Source: Minutocellus sp. GHC0000111
Lineage: Eukaryota
DNA: 64,000 bases
Direction: 5' to 3'
NCBI GenBank assembly: GCA_977018835.1
Contig: OZ361258.1
Coordinates: 4,650,001 to 4,714,000, forward strand
Below the pieces are notes generated by a model. The model was not told the DNA's origin, searched no databases, and worked only from the letters and a program-made list of their open reading frames with translations. Below are positions 8,800 through 20,879 of this stretch, in pieces; the first letter of the stretch is position 1; every line of letters begins with the position of its first letter. The translations under genes were made by a program, and so were the position numbers.

Positions 8800-10836
8800 A
8801 TGAGCCTGAATTCGGCGACAGATACGCGCCTACGAGTATGCCTGCTGGGTCTGATGATCCTGCGCGCCGTCACGGCAGCAGTTGACGAAGACGCCAGTAA
8901 GTCGCAATCGCAACCGCAATGCAACCTGTACCTCGCCCCGTCCTCCACGTCGACCCCCGACCGGATCCAGCTGGGCGTGTACGCCGGACGGAGGTACGCC
9001 AAGACCGACCAGATTGGCATTCCCGAAGTGGCCGTTCAGATCCTTGACGTCGACGCTCACGCCGGTCGTACTAGTACAGGCGACACGAACAAGGCAGACG
9101 ACGACAAGGACGAACCCAACTACTTTGGCGTGGCCTCGCAGATGCTGTGGACGCCCGATTCCACCGGGGCCAAGTACGAGACCGACGAGCATTTGGGCGG
9201 ACCGGGCCGAACCTTTAGCACTGTGCCAGGCATAGGCATGCTGGGCAACTTTCATCCGGCGTTGATCAATGCCGACTGGAACGAGAACACGACGCTCTTT
9301 CGCACGGTGGTGGAGGACGATGTCCAGATGGGCACGGTCCATCCCGTCCGGGGGGCCGTGTCGACCTTTTACAACGTGACGGTGTCGGCCACCCAGGACA
9401 TTCCCGCTGGGATGGAATTGTTCCTCAACTTTGGACAGGACTGGAGCGACAAGGCCCTCGAGAAAAATCCCATGGCCACCCGGGAGGACTACGAGCAGGC
9501 CGACTCGTCGATGGAGAAGGTCATTGGCTTCTTCGACAGGCACGCCGAGGAGCTGCCGGACGAGACCAAGGCGGAGATGTACGGATTCCTAATGAACGAT
9601 GTTGTCAATCTCATCACACCCAACAAACAAAGGGCCGATATACTGCGAAGCTTGATGCCAGAGTCGCACACTGGTCTCAAGGAGTTCAAGGAGAAGGGCG
9701 GTGGGTCGCTCCGTCATAAGAATCCAGCAGCCTTTCGCGATGTGAGTTGGCTCGAGGCCAATGGGCGGTGTTTAGACAATTTGATGCCCGGACCGTCGAC
9801 CATTCCGTATGCCGGCAAGGGTGCGTTCGCTACCAAGACTTTGGAGGAGGGTGAGGTCATCATCCCGGTGCCTCTGATGCATATCGGACATCGCAAGGAG
9901 CTGGACATGTACGACCTTGTCCCCAAAAAGGAAGAGGAGGAAGACGCAGTCCTCGTTCGCAAGGATGGAGCAACCGCCAATCCGACGTCGTCCCAGCTCC
10001 TGCTCAACTACTGCTTTGGCCACAAGGAGTCCAACATGCTCCTTTTTCCGTTCGGTTCTGGCTTCAACTACATCAATCACCAGTCCGGCGACAAGGCCAA
10101 TGCCAAGATTGTTTGGAGCAAAGAATCGCATGGCATGCACCAGTCGGATTGGCTTGAGCTAAGTCCAGAAGAATTGTCGGATGACAAGCACAAGTATGTG
10201 GCTTTAATGTTTGACTTGGTCGCCACCAAGAAGATTGAAGAAGGCGATGAGATCTTTATTGATTATGGTGACGACTGGCAAGAGGCGTGGGATGAATACG
10301 TCAAGCAAGTAGAGAAGGAAGACCTCAAGGCCGGATCCTGGGATCCGACAGCCCTGGAACTCAACGCCATTTACCACAAATATGATTCTGGTATTGGTTA
10401 TGCCAAGCCTTACAAAACGGCTGAGGAACTGAAAGACGAGCCATACCCATCCGAGCGAGTAAGGACGGCGTGCATTATGCCAGATTCCTGGAATGGAGCT
10501 GGAATGAGGCTGTGCAACATTACGGAACGAATCGATATCAAGGATGAAGACGGAAGTAGCGAGATGAACTACAATTATACCGTGAAGGCTCAGCTTGAGA
10601 GGGGAACTCAGAGCGATAAGGTCGAATACAAGACCGTCCGTGATCTCCCTCATGAGTCTATCTATTTCGTCGATAAGCCTTACAGTAGTGATCAGAGCAG
10701 GCCGGCATCCGAGGCACCCTTTCCGCCATTTCGGCACCACATTTCGATACCAGATGATGTTCTGCCTGCCGCTTGGAAGAAAGGGGCTGGTGCAAAAGCG
10801 GAGGGGAAGGTGGCCGGTGGTGCTAGCGAGAACTAG
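8800..10836 (+). CDS. Secretory-pathway protein with two SET domains (diatom-type SET methyltransferase)
   Basis: Signal peptide (VCLLGLMILRAVTA); SET motif set 1: LGVYAG / GNFHP / ATQDIPAGMELFLNFG; set 2: PSTIPYAGKGAFA / YINH / ATKKIEEGDEIFIDYG. Confidence 0.85.
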   Translation: MSLNSATDTRLRVCLLGLMILRAVTAAVDEDASKSQSQPQCNLYLAPSSTSTPDRIQLGVYAGRRYAKTDQIGIPEVAVQILDVDAHAGRTSTGDTNKADDDKDEPNYFGVASQMLWTPDSTGAKYETDEHLGGPGRTFSTVPGIGMLGNFHPALINADWNENTTLFRTVVEDDVQMGTVHPVRGAVSTFYNVTVSATQDIPAGMELFLNFGQDWSDKALEKNPMATREDYEQADSSMEKVIGFFDRHAEELPDETKAEMYGFLMNDVVNLITPNKQRADILRSLMPESHTGLKEFKEKGGGSLRHKNPAAFRDVSWLEANGRCLDNLMPGPSTIPYAGKGAFATKTLEEGEVIIPVPLMHIGHRKELDMYDLVPKKEEEEDAVLVRKDGATANPTSSQLLLNYCFGHKESNMLLFPFGSGFNYINHQSGDKANAKIVWSKESHGMHQSDWLELSPEELSDDKHKYVALMFDLVATKKIEEGDEIFIDYGDDWQEAWDEYVKQVEKEDLKAGSWDPTALELNAIYHKYDSGIGYAKPYKTAEELKDEPYPSERVRTACIMPDSWNGAGMRLCNITERIDIKDEDGSSEMNYNYTVKAQLERGTQSDKVEYKTVRDLPHESIYFVDKPYSSDQSRPASEAPFPPFRHHISIPDDVLPAAWKKGAGAKAEGKVAGGASEN

Positions 10837-11046
10837 TGGTCGATTGCATTCCCTAGCTAGACTAATTTTGATTCATTTTCCATTACTTTTCTCTAAAGTC
10901 AATACTGTCAGCACACTTTCGCAAATCAGGTGGTCAATTCGAGCAAATACAAATGTTTTCCGCTAGTTCGATGCATAATTCCGCTTCTTTCCACAATTCA
11001 TATCATTCTAACGCCAATTCTACTCGCATGCAACTTACTTGCTAAC

Positions 11047-12024
11047 CTACTCATAAATGTCTTGCTTGTATGTTGTGGGGGTACTGGCGACGGGAGTGAG
11101 GGGAGGGGTGGCCGGAGCGGCAGCAGTCGCGCCGCTTTGACTCTTGGCAACCTCCGTCTTCGCCTCTGTCTTGTACGGTTTGCGCTGAAGAAGCTTCGCG
11201 ACGACGAGCTCCCCAACGGTCTTGTCAGCATAGACAGGCATGATCGGAGTGGCAAGACTGGCGTTGTTGAAGTGGCTAAGAAGATGAGCCTCGTTGGTGG
11301 TCTTATTGCCACCAAGAGACAAAGAGCCGTAAACGTAGTTGAGAACAAAGCTCTGATCAAAGAAGACCACGTCGGACCTCACGTCGGAGCCAGTCTTCTT
11401 GAGACGGTACGCATACGTAATGATTCCTCCGCGGTTGAAGAAGCTGGTGGCGCTGGCTGGCTTGCGAACATCGAAATAGATGTACTGCCATTTCAGAAGC
11501 CAGGGGATGAGGATAATGAGTGGGAGAAGGACGGAGATCATGAGGGCGCCGATGACGACACAAGCGCAGGTACTGCTGTCTTGGTAGCAGAAGTAATCAT
11601 AGTATCCATATGAGCACTTCTTGCCACATCCACCATAAATGGTGCCATATGTGATCAGGAGTGCGGCAACAACGACAATGATGAAGCACAGAAGCTTGGG
11701 AATGCTTCGAGGTCCGAGAGTGATTATTGCATCGACGATCTTGAAGCGTGGGATGACGTTCACTTCATAGGACTTGGGGAAGCAACAGAGCTGGCTAGTG
11801 TGAGTGGCAACGACGGCATGTTCGTAGAACTTGAGGTCGGTCTCCTCTCTGCGCCCGAAGACAGATGTAAAGTGCTTGCTGTGGACGTCGTACAGAAGAT
11901 CTCCGAGGTTGCCTTTGGACTTCTCGCTGCCTACAACGGCTGGGGACAGTGAGGCGTCCTCCGTCTGAAGCTGCAGGCTTTCGCCTGCCTCAAGAATCTC
12001 TTCGATAGGTTCGATCGCGACCAT
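11047..12024 (-). CDS. Membrane protein with two TM helices flanking a short Cys-rich loop
   Basis: Hydrophobic segments LLCFIIVVVAALLITYG and VVIGALMISVLLPLIILIPWLL with intervening CGKKCSYGYYDYFCYQDSSTCAC. Confidence 0.75.
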   Translation of the reverse strand: MVAIEPIEEILEAGESLQLQTEDASLSPAVVGSEKSKGNLGDLLYDVHSKHFTSVFGRREETDLKFYEHAVVATHTSQLCCFPKSYEVNVIPRFKIVDAIITLGPRSIPKLLCFIIVVVAALLITYGTIYGGCGKKCSYGYYDYFCYQDSSTCACVVIGALMISVLLPLIILIPWLLKWQYIYFDVRKPASATSFFNRGGIITYAYRLKKTGSDVRSDVVFFDQSFVLNYVYGSLSLGGNKTTNEAHLLSHFNNASLATPIMPVYADKTVGELVVAKLLQRKPYKTEAKTEVAKSQSGATAAAPATPPLTPVASTPTTYKQDIYE

Positions 12025-13989
12025 GAGGATTGGATTATTGTTTTATGCAAGGTGGTAATTTCTCTTTAATGAGCATGCAGCATCCTGCTTCATTGTCCGT
12101 CGGCTTTTTCATTCGGTTTTGGCTTTGCTTCGCATTGGCTTCTCATCGGTCTTGGTCTTGCAGCAGCAGGTAAATGCGGGTGAGTTGAGTTACGTTTCGC
12201 TGCTACTATCATAGCTACTGCTGCTACTCCTGCTGCCATCCCGGTGGTAACCACCGAACAATATGAGTGATTGCCTCATCTTTGATAAATATTCGTGGGC
12301 CGGTGCCGTGGTATTGAAGTGGGCAGGGAGGGAGGGAGTAAGATACGGTCAGGGAAAACGAATGCTATCAGCACAGCCATCAGCACTTCCCATACGCCGG
12401 CCAGACTTCGTGAGAAAAGAACCCGGAACAAGCAGTGAATCTGTGCCATTTTCTCCACACTTCCCTCCCGATCCCCCGCCAACACCATGATATGCACAGA
12501 AGACCACCAAGATGGCATGCAAACACCACTACCGCCTCATAATCTCTTCTCTGCATACGAGCAATGGTAAATGAAATCTTATTCTGAGCCTCTCACTCCT
12601 GAAGCTTGCGAAAATCGACTTTCGGCGCCTTGTCATATGCCAACCTCGACCTCCACGACGGCTACAATCGCAAAGAAAAGTAACGACGCAGTCGAGTAAA
12701 CGAGAGATTGCCCACATTTGATGGTTTGACAGGCACATTGGATGTATCTGCGGCGCGTCAGTTTGACAGTATTGCACAGTTCGGACGCACAAAAGTCGCG
12801 AAAGGCCACCATTCTCCCAAAATCCTACAATCAAATTTCATCGCAAAACAATTCCTCAAAGTCGATCTGGCTCGATTGCTCGAAAAAATCCTATTGGAGT
12901 ATCTATACAACTTTTGATATTTCCTTCCCATGATGTCATGTGAGCGGGCGATGTGCTTCTTCCGCGGTTTGAGCGTCTGTAAGAGGCTTCTTTCGTGTTG
13001 CTTCTGGCGATCTGCAGTAATTTTCTTGATGATGGGAGAGGCTCCACAATGAGATGATGTGCAATTGTTCTTGGCAGTCAACAGATAGACGCTGAATCTC
13101 GTTCAATCCTGCGAAGGTATGTAATGTAGAATGGAAGTGCATATGCTGATTGTCGAGTTTGTGTTGGCAACCCGTTGCATTCTCACAATATGACGTGTAA
13201 AACCAGAACGTCCAGAATCTGCTCAACTTCTCCACTGCGGTGTCATAATCGACATAGGGATACCAATCTACACCAAATTGACGATAACGAGGCCTCCACT
13301 CGGACCTTATGTACCCACGTCGAGGCCCGATAGCGTCTATCTGTGGTTTAGGTCGATAGTTTGGCAATACTGTGTCATATTGCATCTTTTGAAGGGTGAG
13401 TTTTGTCCTTCTGGAAGGTAAAATTACCAACATGACGATAGTTTGGGTCCATGCACGTCCATTCACTACAGCAGTACCTTCTTCCCACCTACATATGGTA
13501 TAAGGTGACCCATTGGTGGAAACTTTCGTGGGGTTGCTGCAACAATTGGTGGTTTTGCAAGTATTGCAATGGTTCGTGGAGGTCGACGCCAGAATTCGCA
13601 GAGAAATGAGCCCAAGACTCAAAAAACTGATACTGAACAACAATCAACTACAACTACTGCATGGGAAGGGTATTCATCGACGGCCATTGATGCATCTGAG
13701 CGTCCGCTATGCTCATGAAAGGTCCTTTGTACCACTATGGAAAGTAATTGGGGAAAATCGACGTGGAAATTCATTCATTTTTGGGCGTTTCTTGATGGTC
13801 GTCGACCTCCACGAAGATTCGAGCTTTTTGGATCGACTACTAGTCGCTAAGGCAATATCACTTGCATAGAGACGCGTCAGGGTATACATCTAGTGGGTTT
13901 TTGTGGATAGTAACTGTAGTGAAGTGACTTATTTCGCTGCTGGCAGTCGTTTGATTGGTGAGAATAATACCTGGTGGCCGGACAGAGGA

Positions 13990-15130
13990 GAAAAGTGACC
14001 CCATTGAGCCATAATAGGCACCCTTGCGCGATGATTTGCGATGGAACACATCGCCCAAGCCTCACCAATCTTATGTGGGCAATACACAAGCCGGAGAGCT
14101 CCTTCTGTGTTGCAATTTGTGCTCCAGGTCTGAGAAATTGTACATCATCACCTCCCCCAGAATCCCAGTTCTTGCCGCCATGGGACCTGCTGGAGCAGTA
14201 ATAGTGAGAATTGTGAGACAAGTCATAGCCCAAACCTCCGCCCAAGCGCTTATATCATCCTCTATATATGTCACCAGGTAACGAAAAGCAAATGGAGTGA
14301 AAGATTGCACCCAACAGGCGAGAATTGAACCCTCCCATCCCTCCCAGAATGTCAAAATTCTGCGCCGCAGACCCTTCAGGAGAACGGAAACTTCGATTTG
14401 GGCTTCATCTTATTGCTCAAACCTCGGCCCAAGCCTTCACAGGACCGCTCGGATATATAGCTAGGTAATAGAAGTAAATGAAATGATAGATTGGGCACAT
14501 GAGGCGAGATTTGAACCCTTTTGACTCGCTAAGAATTCCAGATTTCGCCGCTTTTGACCCCCGACCAGCCACAATAGGCACCCATGCGTGACAAGTAACA
14601 GAGGAAACCTCGGCCCAAGCTTTAGAAACCTTACTTGGGTCATAAATGAGCTACAAATGGCCTCCTGTGTTGCAATTTGCGCTCACTTTTGAGATTTCAA
14701 TACCATCGCTTCGCCGAGGTTCTCAAAAATTTCCGTCCACGACCTCCGGGAGCAGGAAAAGTGAAAATAGGAGGACAGGATGTAGCCCAAACCTCGGCCT
14801 AAGCGCTCATATCACACTTTCGGTATATAAGTAGATAATGAATCCAAGTGAAATGAGAGGGCATGCTCAAAAGGCGAGGGTCACACCCTCTCAGTCTGTC
14901 CAGGATATGAAAAGTCGTCGTCAGCAGCCTCCGATGGGAATAATAGTGAGTATTGAGACAGAAGCCAAAGTCCAGTCCTCGCTTCAAACGCTCACACCAT
15001 CCTTAGGGTATATTGGCATGCAACGGAAACAAATTGTGCCTTAATTCTTGCCCATGTGACGAGATTTGGACCCACCCAGTCTGTCCAGAATCTCAAAATC
15101 GACGACATCGACCTCCAGGAGCCGAAGGCT
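13990..15130. repeat. Degenerate tandem repeat, ~186-bp monomer (about 6 copies) with ~560-bp higher-order unit
   Basis: AAACCTC(G/C)GCC(C/T)AAGC recurs at ~14231, 14418, 14604, 14788; GAGA(A/T)TTG(A/G)ACCC at ~14317, 14503, 15058; longer matches at 14007/14567 and 14101/14661 are exactly 560 bp apart. Confidence 0.8.
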
Positions 15131-15339
15131 GGACACAATGAAAGGCCCATTTGGACTTGACTGCCAACGGAGAATTTGATAGGGAAATATCAAATGATAT
15201 GTATCTGCCCTAATAAATTTAAATGTACTTAATGCTAATCATCTCAATTCTCTTCTTTTGTTACAATCGCCAATCCCCTTTTTCCTTTTCTTACTAAACC
15301 CTTCATACTGATACTTCCCTCCTCTCCTCTTTCACCCAT

Positions 15340-16933
15340 CTACTCAACCGTTGCCCCATACATTGCAGGAACCTTGCAAACTCTACCAATCTCTTTATTG
15401 ACCTCAGCCAATTTGGTGGTATTGCCCGAAATGCGACATAGGAAGGCAAGGGAATGGAGCTGATTCACCACGCCCAGATCATCCCTCCCCTTGGCCTCGC
15501 GCCGCACTTCGAGGGCCTCTTCGACAGGGGCGATAGCACCGGCATAATCCGATTGCTCTATGCGGGTCATTGCCAGGAGGTCTAGAGTCTTGGTAATTTC
15601 TGCGTGGCCCTTGGGAAGCACCCCTTTCTTGATGCGAAGAGATTCCTCATACTTGCGCTCGGCGATCTTCCATTGTCCAACTGTAACGAAGTAGATGAGA
15701 ATCGATCAAAGCGATGAGAAAGATGATTGGTTAGAGAGAAAGTACCGAGACTACAAATGTGCTCTTCGCCCATTCCAAGCACAACTTACGATCAGAGTAC
15801 TTCCTAGCCTCGGCTTCAATGGCATTGGCTCTCTTGACGGTATCATGCCTGGCCTTCATTTTCTTGACGTTGAGAACAGTCAGAGCCGACCCCATGGCCC
15901 CGGCTGCGGTCTTGACCGTCGTCATTGCTCCATTCTCGGAGTTGGTGGTATTGCCGCCCAAGTCAGCAAAGCTCTCCCTCTCATCATTTTGACCCCTGGC
16001 GAGATTGGAAACCTTGGCGGTGGACGGATCTTGCTCATCGGCCTGATCGTCGCGACGATCTAGGTCGACCACTTCGACAGATCCACCGTTGGCACCAATG
16101 ATACCAGTGGCGCCCTTCTGCTGCTGCTTTGGACTGCCCAGTCTGGGCGAGGTCATGCCCATGGTTGCCATGTGCAGAGCAAGCATTCGCTGCTTCAGTT
16201 TGGCCTCGAGAAGCTTGGCAGAACGAAGCTTGGTGCCAGCCTTGGCAACCATTAGCGCACCTGGGAACGACTTGACCGAGGACGACGTCTTCTCCGTCTT
16301 GGTCGTCTTGCTGCTCTTTGCCGAACGGGAGGAGAACATTGTGTTGGACCGTGGAATGGTCGTGCCACTGCCACTCTCGCTAGCAGCCGATGCTTTGCCC
16401 CAACGCATCAACGGTGCTATGGCGGTTGTTTGCGCTTCTCCCTCTTCGGAACCTTCCTCGACGGTGGGCAAAGGCGCAATTCTCGTCATGAGGATGGCTG
16501 ATGCATCGTCCTGATCAGCAGCAGTGGCCGACAGACAACTCAATCCCGTCGTCATTGGCTCCATGTCAAGGGACTTATTCCGCTCATCGATCGTTTGCAA
16601 GCGTTTCGTAATCCTATCCCCAACTCCATCCCTCCTGTAGCTGCCGTACCTGGCGCTTCCCCGAGATGACCTAGATGTCATGACAGACTGGCTAGTAGAA
16701 AGAGTGAGAAGGTCGTCGGCATCACCCGAAAAGACGGTTCGGCCATCGGTATAATTCGTGGATAAAGTGGAGTCGTCATCATACGTGAAAAAGGTGACGC
16801 CGTCGTCGTAATCCTCATCGCCGCAGGTGGGGAAGAGACAATCGGCGGCAACGCACGGCAGACCTCGATCGGTCAGACCGCAGCCGCCACAGTAGCCGTC
16901 TTCGAAGTAGTACAAGGAATCCGAGTGGCGCAT
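15340..16933 (-). CDS. Protein with C-terminal TPR repeats (kinesin-light-chain-like TPR), two exons
   Basis: ATG 16933; intron 15681-15789 (GTAAGT...TTACAG) joins YSD-L-GQWKIAERKYEESLRIKKGVLPKGHAEITKTLDLLA; TPR-type pattern. Confidence 0.75.
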
Positions 16934-17485
16934 GACGACGCGGCGTATGTGGATGTACAATTACAATTACAAACCAAGGTCAAGGAGCAAATGATGTGAA
17001 AAACGATCACCAAGGAGGGGGGTGTCTCACCAAACAAGCAATATCAAAATCAAACCCGCAAGATCTCTTTGGGTGCACGATCTCCAGGGGCTACTTTTGA
17101 TTTCGGACGTTGAGGTGCGTTGACATCGACATTGCGCATCTCGTTCGGGAGACCCCCTTTTAGATATTTTTTCCTGCATTTTGGGGTGTTTTTACAGAAT
17201 AGAGGGAACGAGCCTGCCGAGCTTCTCAGCCGCAAGCAGATTTTTCTTCGGCGACTCAACGGCGTTTTGAATTAGAGATTCAAGACTGGTCACAGGCACC
17301 GGTCACCAGAGCGCCGCAAAAACAATAATAAAAGATACTACAGAGCAGCCCCGCTCGACGAAAGGGTTGTAGGCCTCCTATATCGATGACAATGTAACCA
17401 AACAATGATAGATAGGGATCCCTAACGAAAATACACTGAAAAATATGTCCGTGGCTACTTTTACAGGAAATTTTAATACAGCCTC

Positions 17486-18800
17486 TTAACTTCGAATTCC
17501 AATGCCTCTCATCAATGAATTGAGCGGCATCTTCCTGGCAGGTAGCATCAGCGGCACTGGTGCCACATTCTCCACGAAGATGTACTCCTCCGGTTTCACC
17601 ATAAAAGTTCCTTGGCTCAGCTTTTCATCCTCGGGAACGCTCTTCGGCGGCTGCTCGAAATAGATTGTGTTGTTATCCTTTTCCCACGAGGCCAAGACCA
17701 TCTTCATATGCTTGAGCAATACGCTCAATTCAGTTTTGTTAGATGATTTCTTGGACAAACCTCCAAGTTCACCAATCGACTCGCGCAGCATGACAATGGC
17801 GATGCCATATCCAGTGAGACGATCACCAAGCAAAATTTTATCCCACATTGCGCGTGCCTGGTAATATTCCGAGAGAGATCGGTGCAACTTGCTCTGATTT
17901 TCGACATATGAAATGATCAATGGGTCAATTCTTGGAAGATGCTTGTTCGCCTTACTGCGAAAGATGGCAAGGGACTCCTCAAACTTTTCAGCGACGCCGA
18001 GGCCGAGCTTGGTCAGAAGGCCAACGTTGGGCTCACCGGGCTTACGAAGGACAGTAGCGACGGCCATTTGCTGCGCCATGGCCAAGAACATTTGAGCGAA
18101 TGCTTCGCATACCTCGATGGAAGTCTCACAGGGCAGGTTATGATCAAAGACATTATTGCCCTGTCCCGCCCACTTGGGTAGCTGCTCGTTGGCTAGAAAG
18201 GACATGACCCCAGACGCGGACTTGTAGTGCTTGGTAGCTTCGACGAAATTCTCTGCTTTGGCTTCGGCGTTGGCGAGGTGGGCCTCAGCAAATGCCTGGC
18301 TGGCAATCGACATTACCATATCATACATCATGGCCTCGCTCTTGTAAAATACTGACTTCTTTCCTCGCTTTGCTTCCACTTCCAGAGATGAAGTCCATTC
18401 AAAGACGAGGCGGTCTACTTGTTGTAAGAGTCAGAACGCAAAAGTTAGTCACTTTTAGAGTCATACGATCGTGGCACGGCAGAAAGGCACAATTGACGTA
18501 GATATATCAACACATCCACGCTCTTAACTACTCACCATCGAGTCGAGCCATATCTGGCTGAGCGATGCACGTGACCATGACTTCGTATATCTGAGGCACA
18601 TATGTGCTGGCTGCCGATACGATCTTGCTGCCGCTACCAGATACGAGGGCAGTGGCGAGCGCCTCTCGGCTGTGATCGGCACGAATCATCAATTCTGTCG
18701 CATCGGGGTGACTTGCCACCGTCTTGAAAGATCTCATAAACGAAGTGGTGGCTGCTGCATTGATCTTTGGTAGGCGAAAGGGATGGGACGCGGTAGAGAG
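17486..18800 (-). CDS. BRO1 domain protein (BROX-like)
   Basis: Intron ~18415-18535 gives RLDDRLVFEWTSSLE; A..YK.ASG.M.FL, LAMAQQM and C-terminal EKDNNTIYFEQPP are BRO1 signatures. The start codon is not resolved. Confidence 0.8.
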
Positions 18801-19179
18801 GCCGAGCTGATTGCGGTTGACATGTTCGAGGCGAGACCGAGGAATAGAAAATGAATGGACAAACTTGTGGTCAGAATAAAAGCTTATCGCTCGCCAGATC
18901 TTGCAGATTTATGGCAAGACAGCCAATAAGAATTCGTGCGGGATCCTCGTCGCCAATGGATCTTGGTCTTGAGGATGCGTTTTGGTCTTGGTGTGACATC
19001 TGTGGCATAATTTAGAATTTTGGCGGAGGTCTCGAAGTAGCACAACACCATCAATACTCTGCAGCAAAGCGCGAGGTGAGCCGCGCTGCCAAAATGGACT
19101 CAACGCCCGCGGTGCGAGGGCACGCATACTAAGTAATAATCAGAACACACTTCATCATAACATCAACTAACGCCCAGCC

Positions 19180-19968
19180 ATGAGAAGAAATCCGCAAATG
19201 GAGCTCGTCGTCCTCGGCGACGAGGAACTCATCGAAAAGACTCCCGCTGCCGAGAAGCACAACGACGATCAGCTCGACGAGGGCGCCAGCGGCTACTTTA
19301 GCTTTACGAAATCCAAGGATGATATGCCCACTGACGAACTCAACGAAGTATCTGAAAGAGAAGCCATCGATTACGATGCCGAACCTGGCAACTTCCACCT
19401 CGGCTCGCACCACTTTAGCGCCACGGGAGTGAAATATTTTTCAACCAATTGTCAGGCGTGCAAGGATTTCGTTATTGCCATCCATAATGGCAAGATCTCG
19501 CAGAGTAGCAAAGTCCGCTCGAACAAACCCCTGATCAGGGCCAGTTCTGGCAACCTTGCTCAGTGCCATTCTGCTATTGACGTTCAGTGCTGCTCGTCGA
19601 CGACCTGTGAGCATTGCTGCACCTGCCGCTCTGGCCTTGGTGCCGCCAGGACCTGCCCCATCCATTCCAAGGCCGGAAGTGTCGCCTTCATCAAGACCGG
19701 TGGTGCTACCTTCTTCACATGTCAGGAGATTGCAGGCACAATAGCAAGGAGAATGGCAACAGCAGCTCTAGCAAGTGGCGTCGATTCTCCCCTCGCTCGG
19801 GAGGAAAGAAGAAGCGCGGCTTCTTTTCGAAGAGCAGCAAGTAGTCAGCGGGCAGCAACAGGAGAACTGGAGGATAATCATATCAATTCATTGCTACTGC
19901 AGCATTCGTTTGTGTCAAGTTTTCGTACCAAGGCACGATGGTATCTGCAAATTATGGAACCGTTATAA
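19180..19968 (+). CDS. Hypothetical protein with Cys-rich segment
   Basis: 262-aa ORF with coding-like composition and cluster CCSSTTCEHCCTC. Confidence 0.55.
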   Translation: MRRNPQMELVVLGDEELIEKTPAAEKHNDDQLDEGASGYFSFTKSKDDMPTDELNEVSEREAIDYDAEPGNFHLGSHHFSATGVKYFSTNCQACKDFVIAIHNGKISQSSKVRSNKPLIRASSGNLAQCHSAIDVQCCSSTTCEHCCTCRSGLGAARTCPIHSKAGSVAFIKTGGATFFTCQEIAGTIARRMATAALASGVDSPLAREERRSAASFRRAASSQRAATGELEDNHINSLLLQHSFVSSFRTKARWYLQIMEPL

Positions 19969-20423
19969 TGTCAGTTGAGAACTATGTAGACCATTATCTA
20001 TAGATCAATCACAAAGTACAGAACACGTAGAGCAATAGACCACCACCTGTAGATTAATTACAAAAGAGGAACACCCACACAAAGTACAGGTAAGATAAAA
20101 CACGCGGAAGTACTCCACCACTATATATATATATATAGAACCATTAACTATATTACATATAGTTAATGGTTCTGATAGGAGGGTATCTACGTTACTTTTC
20201 TCTGATAGCATACTGAAATGGGAGGTTATCGCAAAGGAGTGTATGCACTTCGTGGTTTTGTAGCCGGTAGATCTCTAGCTAGTGAGATTTCACCGTTGGG
20301 CTTTGTAACAACGGCGATCTAACTCCTACGACTAACGGCAGTGCTGTAAGCAGTATTGTATTTTCACGTAGGAAATTGCCCGAAAAAAAGAGGATGGTGC
20401 AAAAATGTAGAAGTTCATATGAG

Positions 20424-20879
20424 CTAGTTTCCAGTAGCAGCAGCAGCAAAATCTTCACTTCCGAGCCTCACAGCTGCCATGCGGCAGCCCTGCGAGTTCC
20501 GAGGAGAAATCGTTGCAATCTTGGTAGGATCGGTAGCCTGTTTGTTTCCTGCCTCGTAGGCGTCGAATTGTAGATCTTGTTCGTCGAGAACGGCATCGAT
20601 CACCTGCTTCTTGGCGGCCTTGCGCCTTTGCGAGTGGCCGTTGTCGTCGTAGGCCATGTGCTCGATCCCACGGGTGGTGCACTCATCTTGCAGCTCGTGT
20701 GGGACCTGGCCATTGTTTTGCCGGGCGATCATGATAGTTATGACGAGCTCTTGTTGTGTCTTGATTTCGTCTTGAGGAGTTCGACAAGTAGCCTCAAACT
20801 CCTCTGGCGACAATTCGTCGGCTGTGGGGACAAGGTAGATCTTGGTTTTGTTTAAGAAGTGGACGGTCGAGGACATCAT
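20424..20879 (-). CDS. Diatom-type 'RGLE/VLxEQ' hypothetical protein
   Basis: Motifs VHF, CTTRGIEH, VIDAVLDEQ, A.IS...S..CR..A..LG, typical of an expanded diatom family. Confidence 0.7.
   Translation of the reverse strand: MMSSTVHFLNKTKIYLVPTADELSPEEFEATCRTPQDEIKTQQELVITIMIARQNNGQVPHELQDECTTRGIEHMAYDDNGHSQRRKAAKKQVIDAVLDEQDLQFDAYEAGNKQATDPTKIATISPRNSQGCRMAAVRLGSEDFAAAATGN

Noticed and set aside
12936..13643. 235-aa minus-strand ORF as a gene
   Set aside because: No recognisable motif, non-ATG start and atypical composition; it could be a relic but cannot be supported.
13990..15130. CRISPR-like array
   Set aside because: The units are degenerate along their whole length, with no identical repeats separated by unique spacers; the context is eukaryotic and there are no cas genes.
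19980..20400. Solo LTR in an AT-rich intergenic stretch with (TA)n
   Set aside because: No second copy, primer-binding site or TSD is visible; it is compatible with convergent 3' UTRs.
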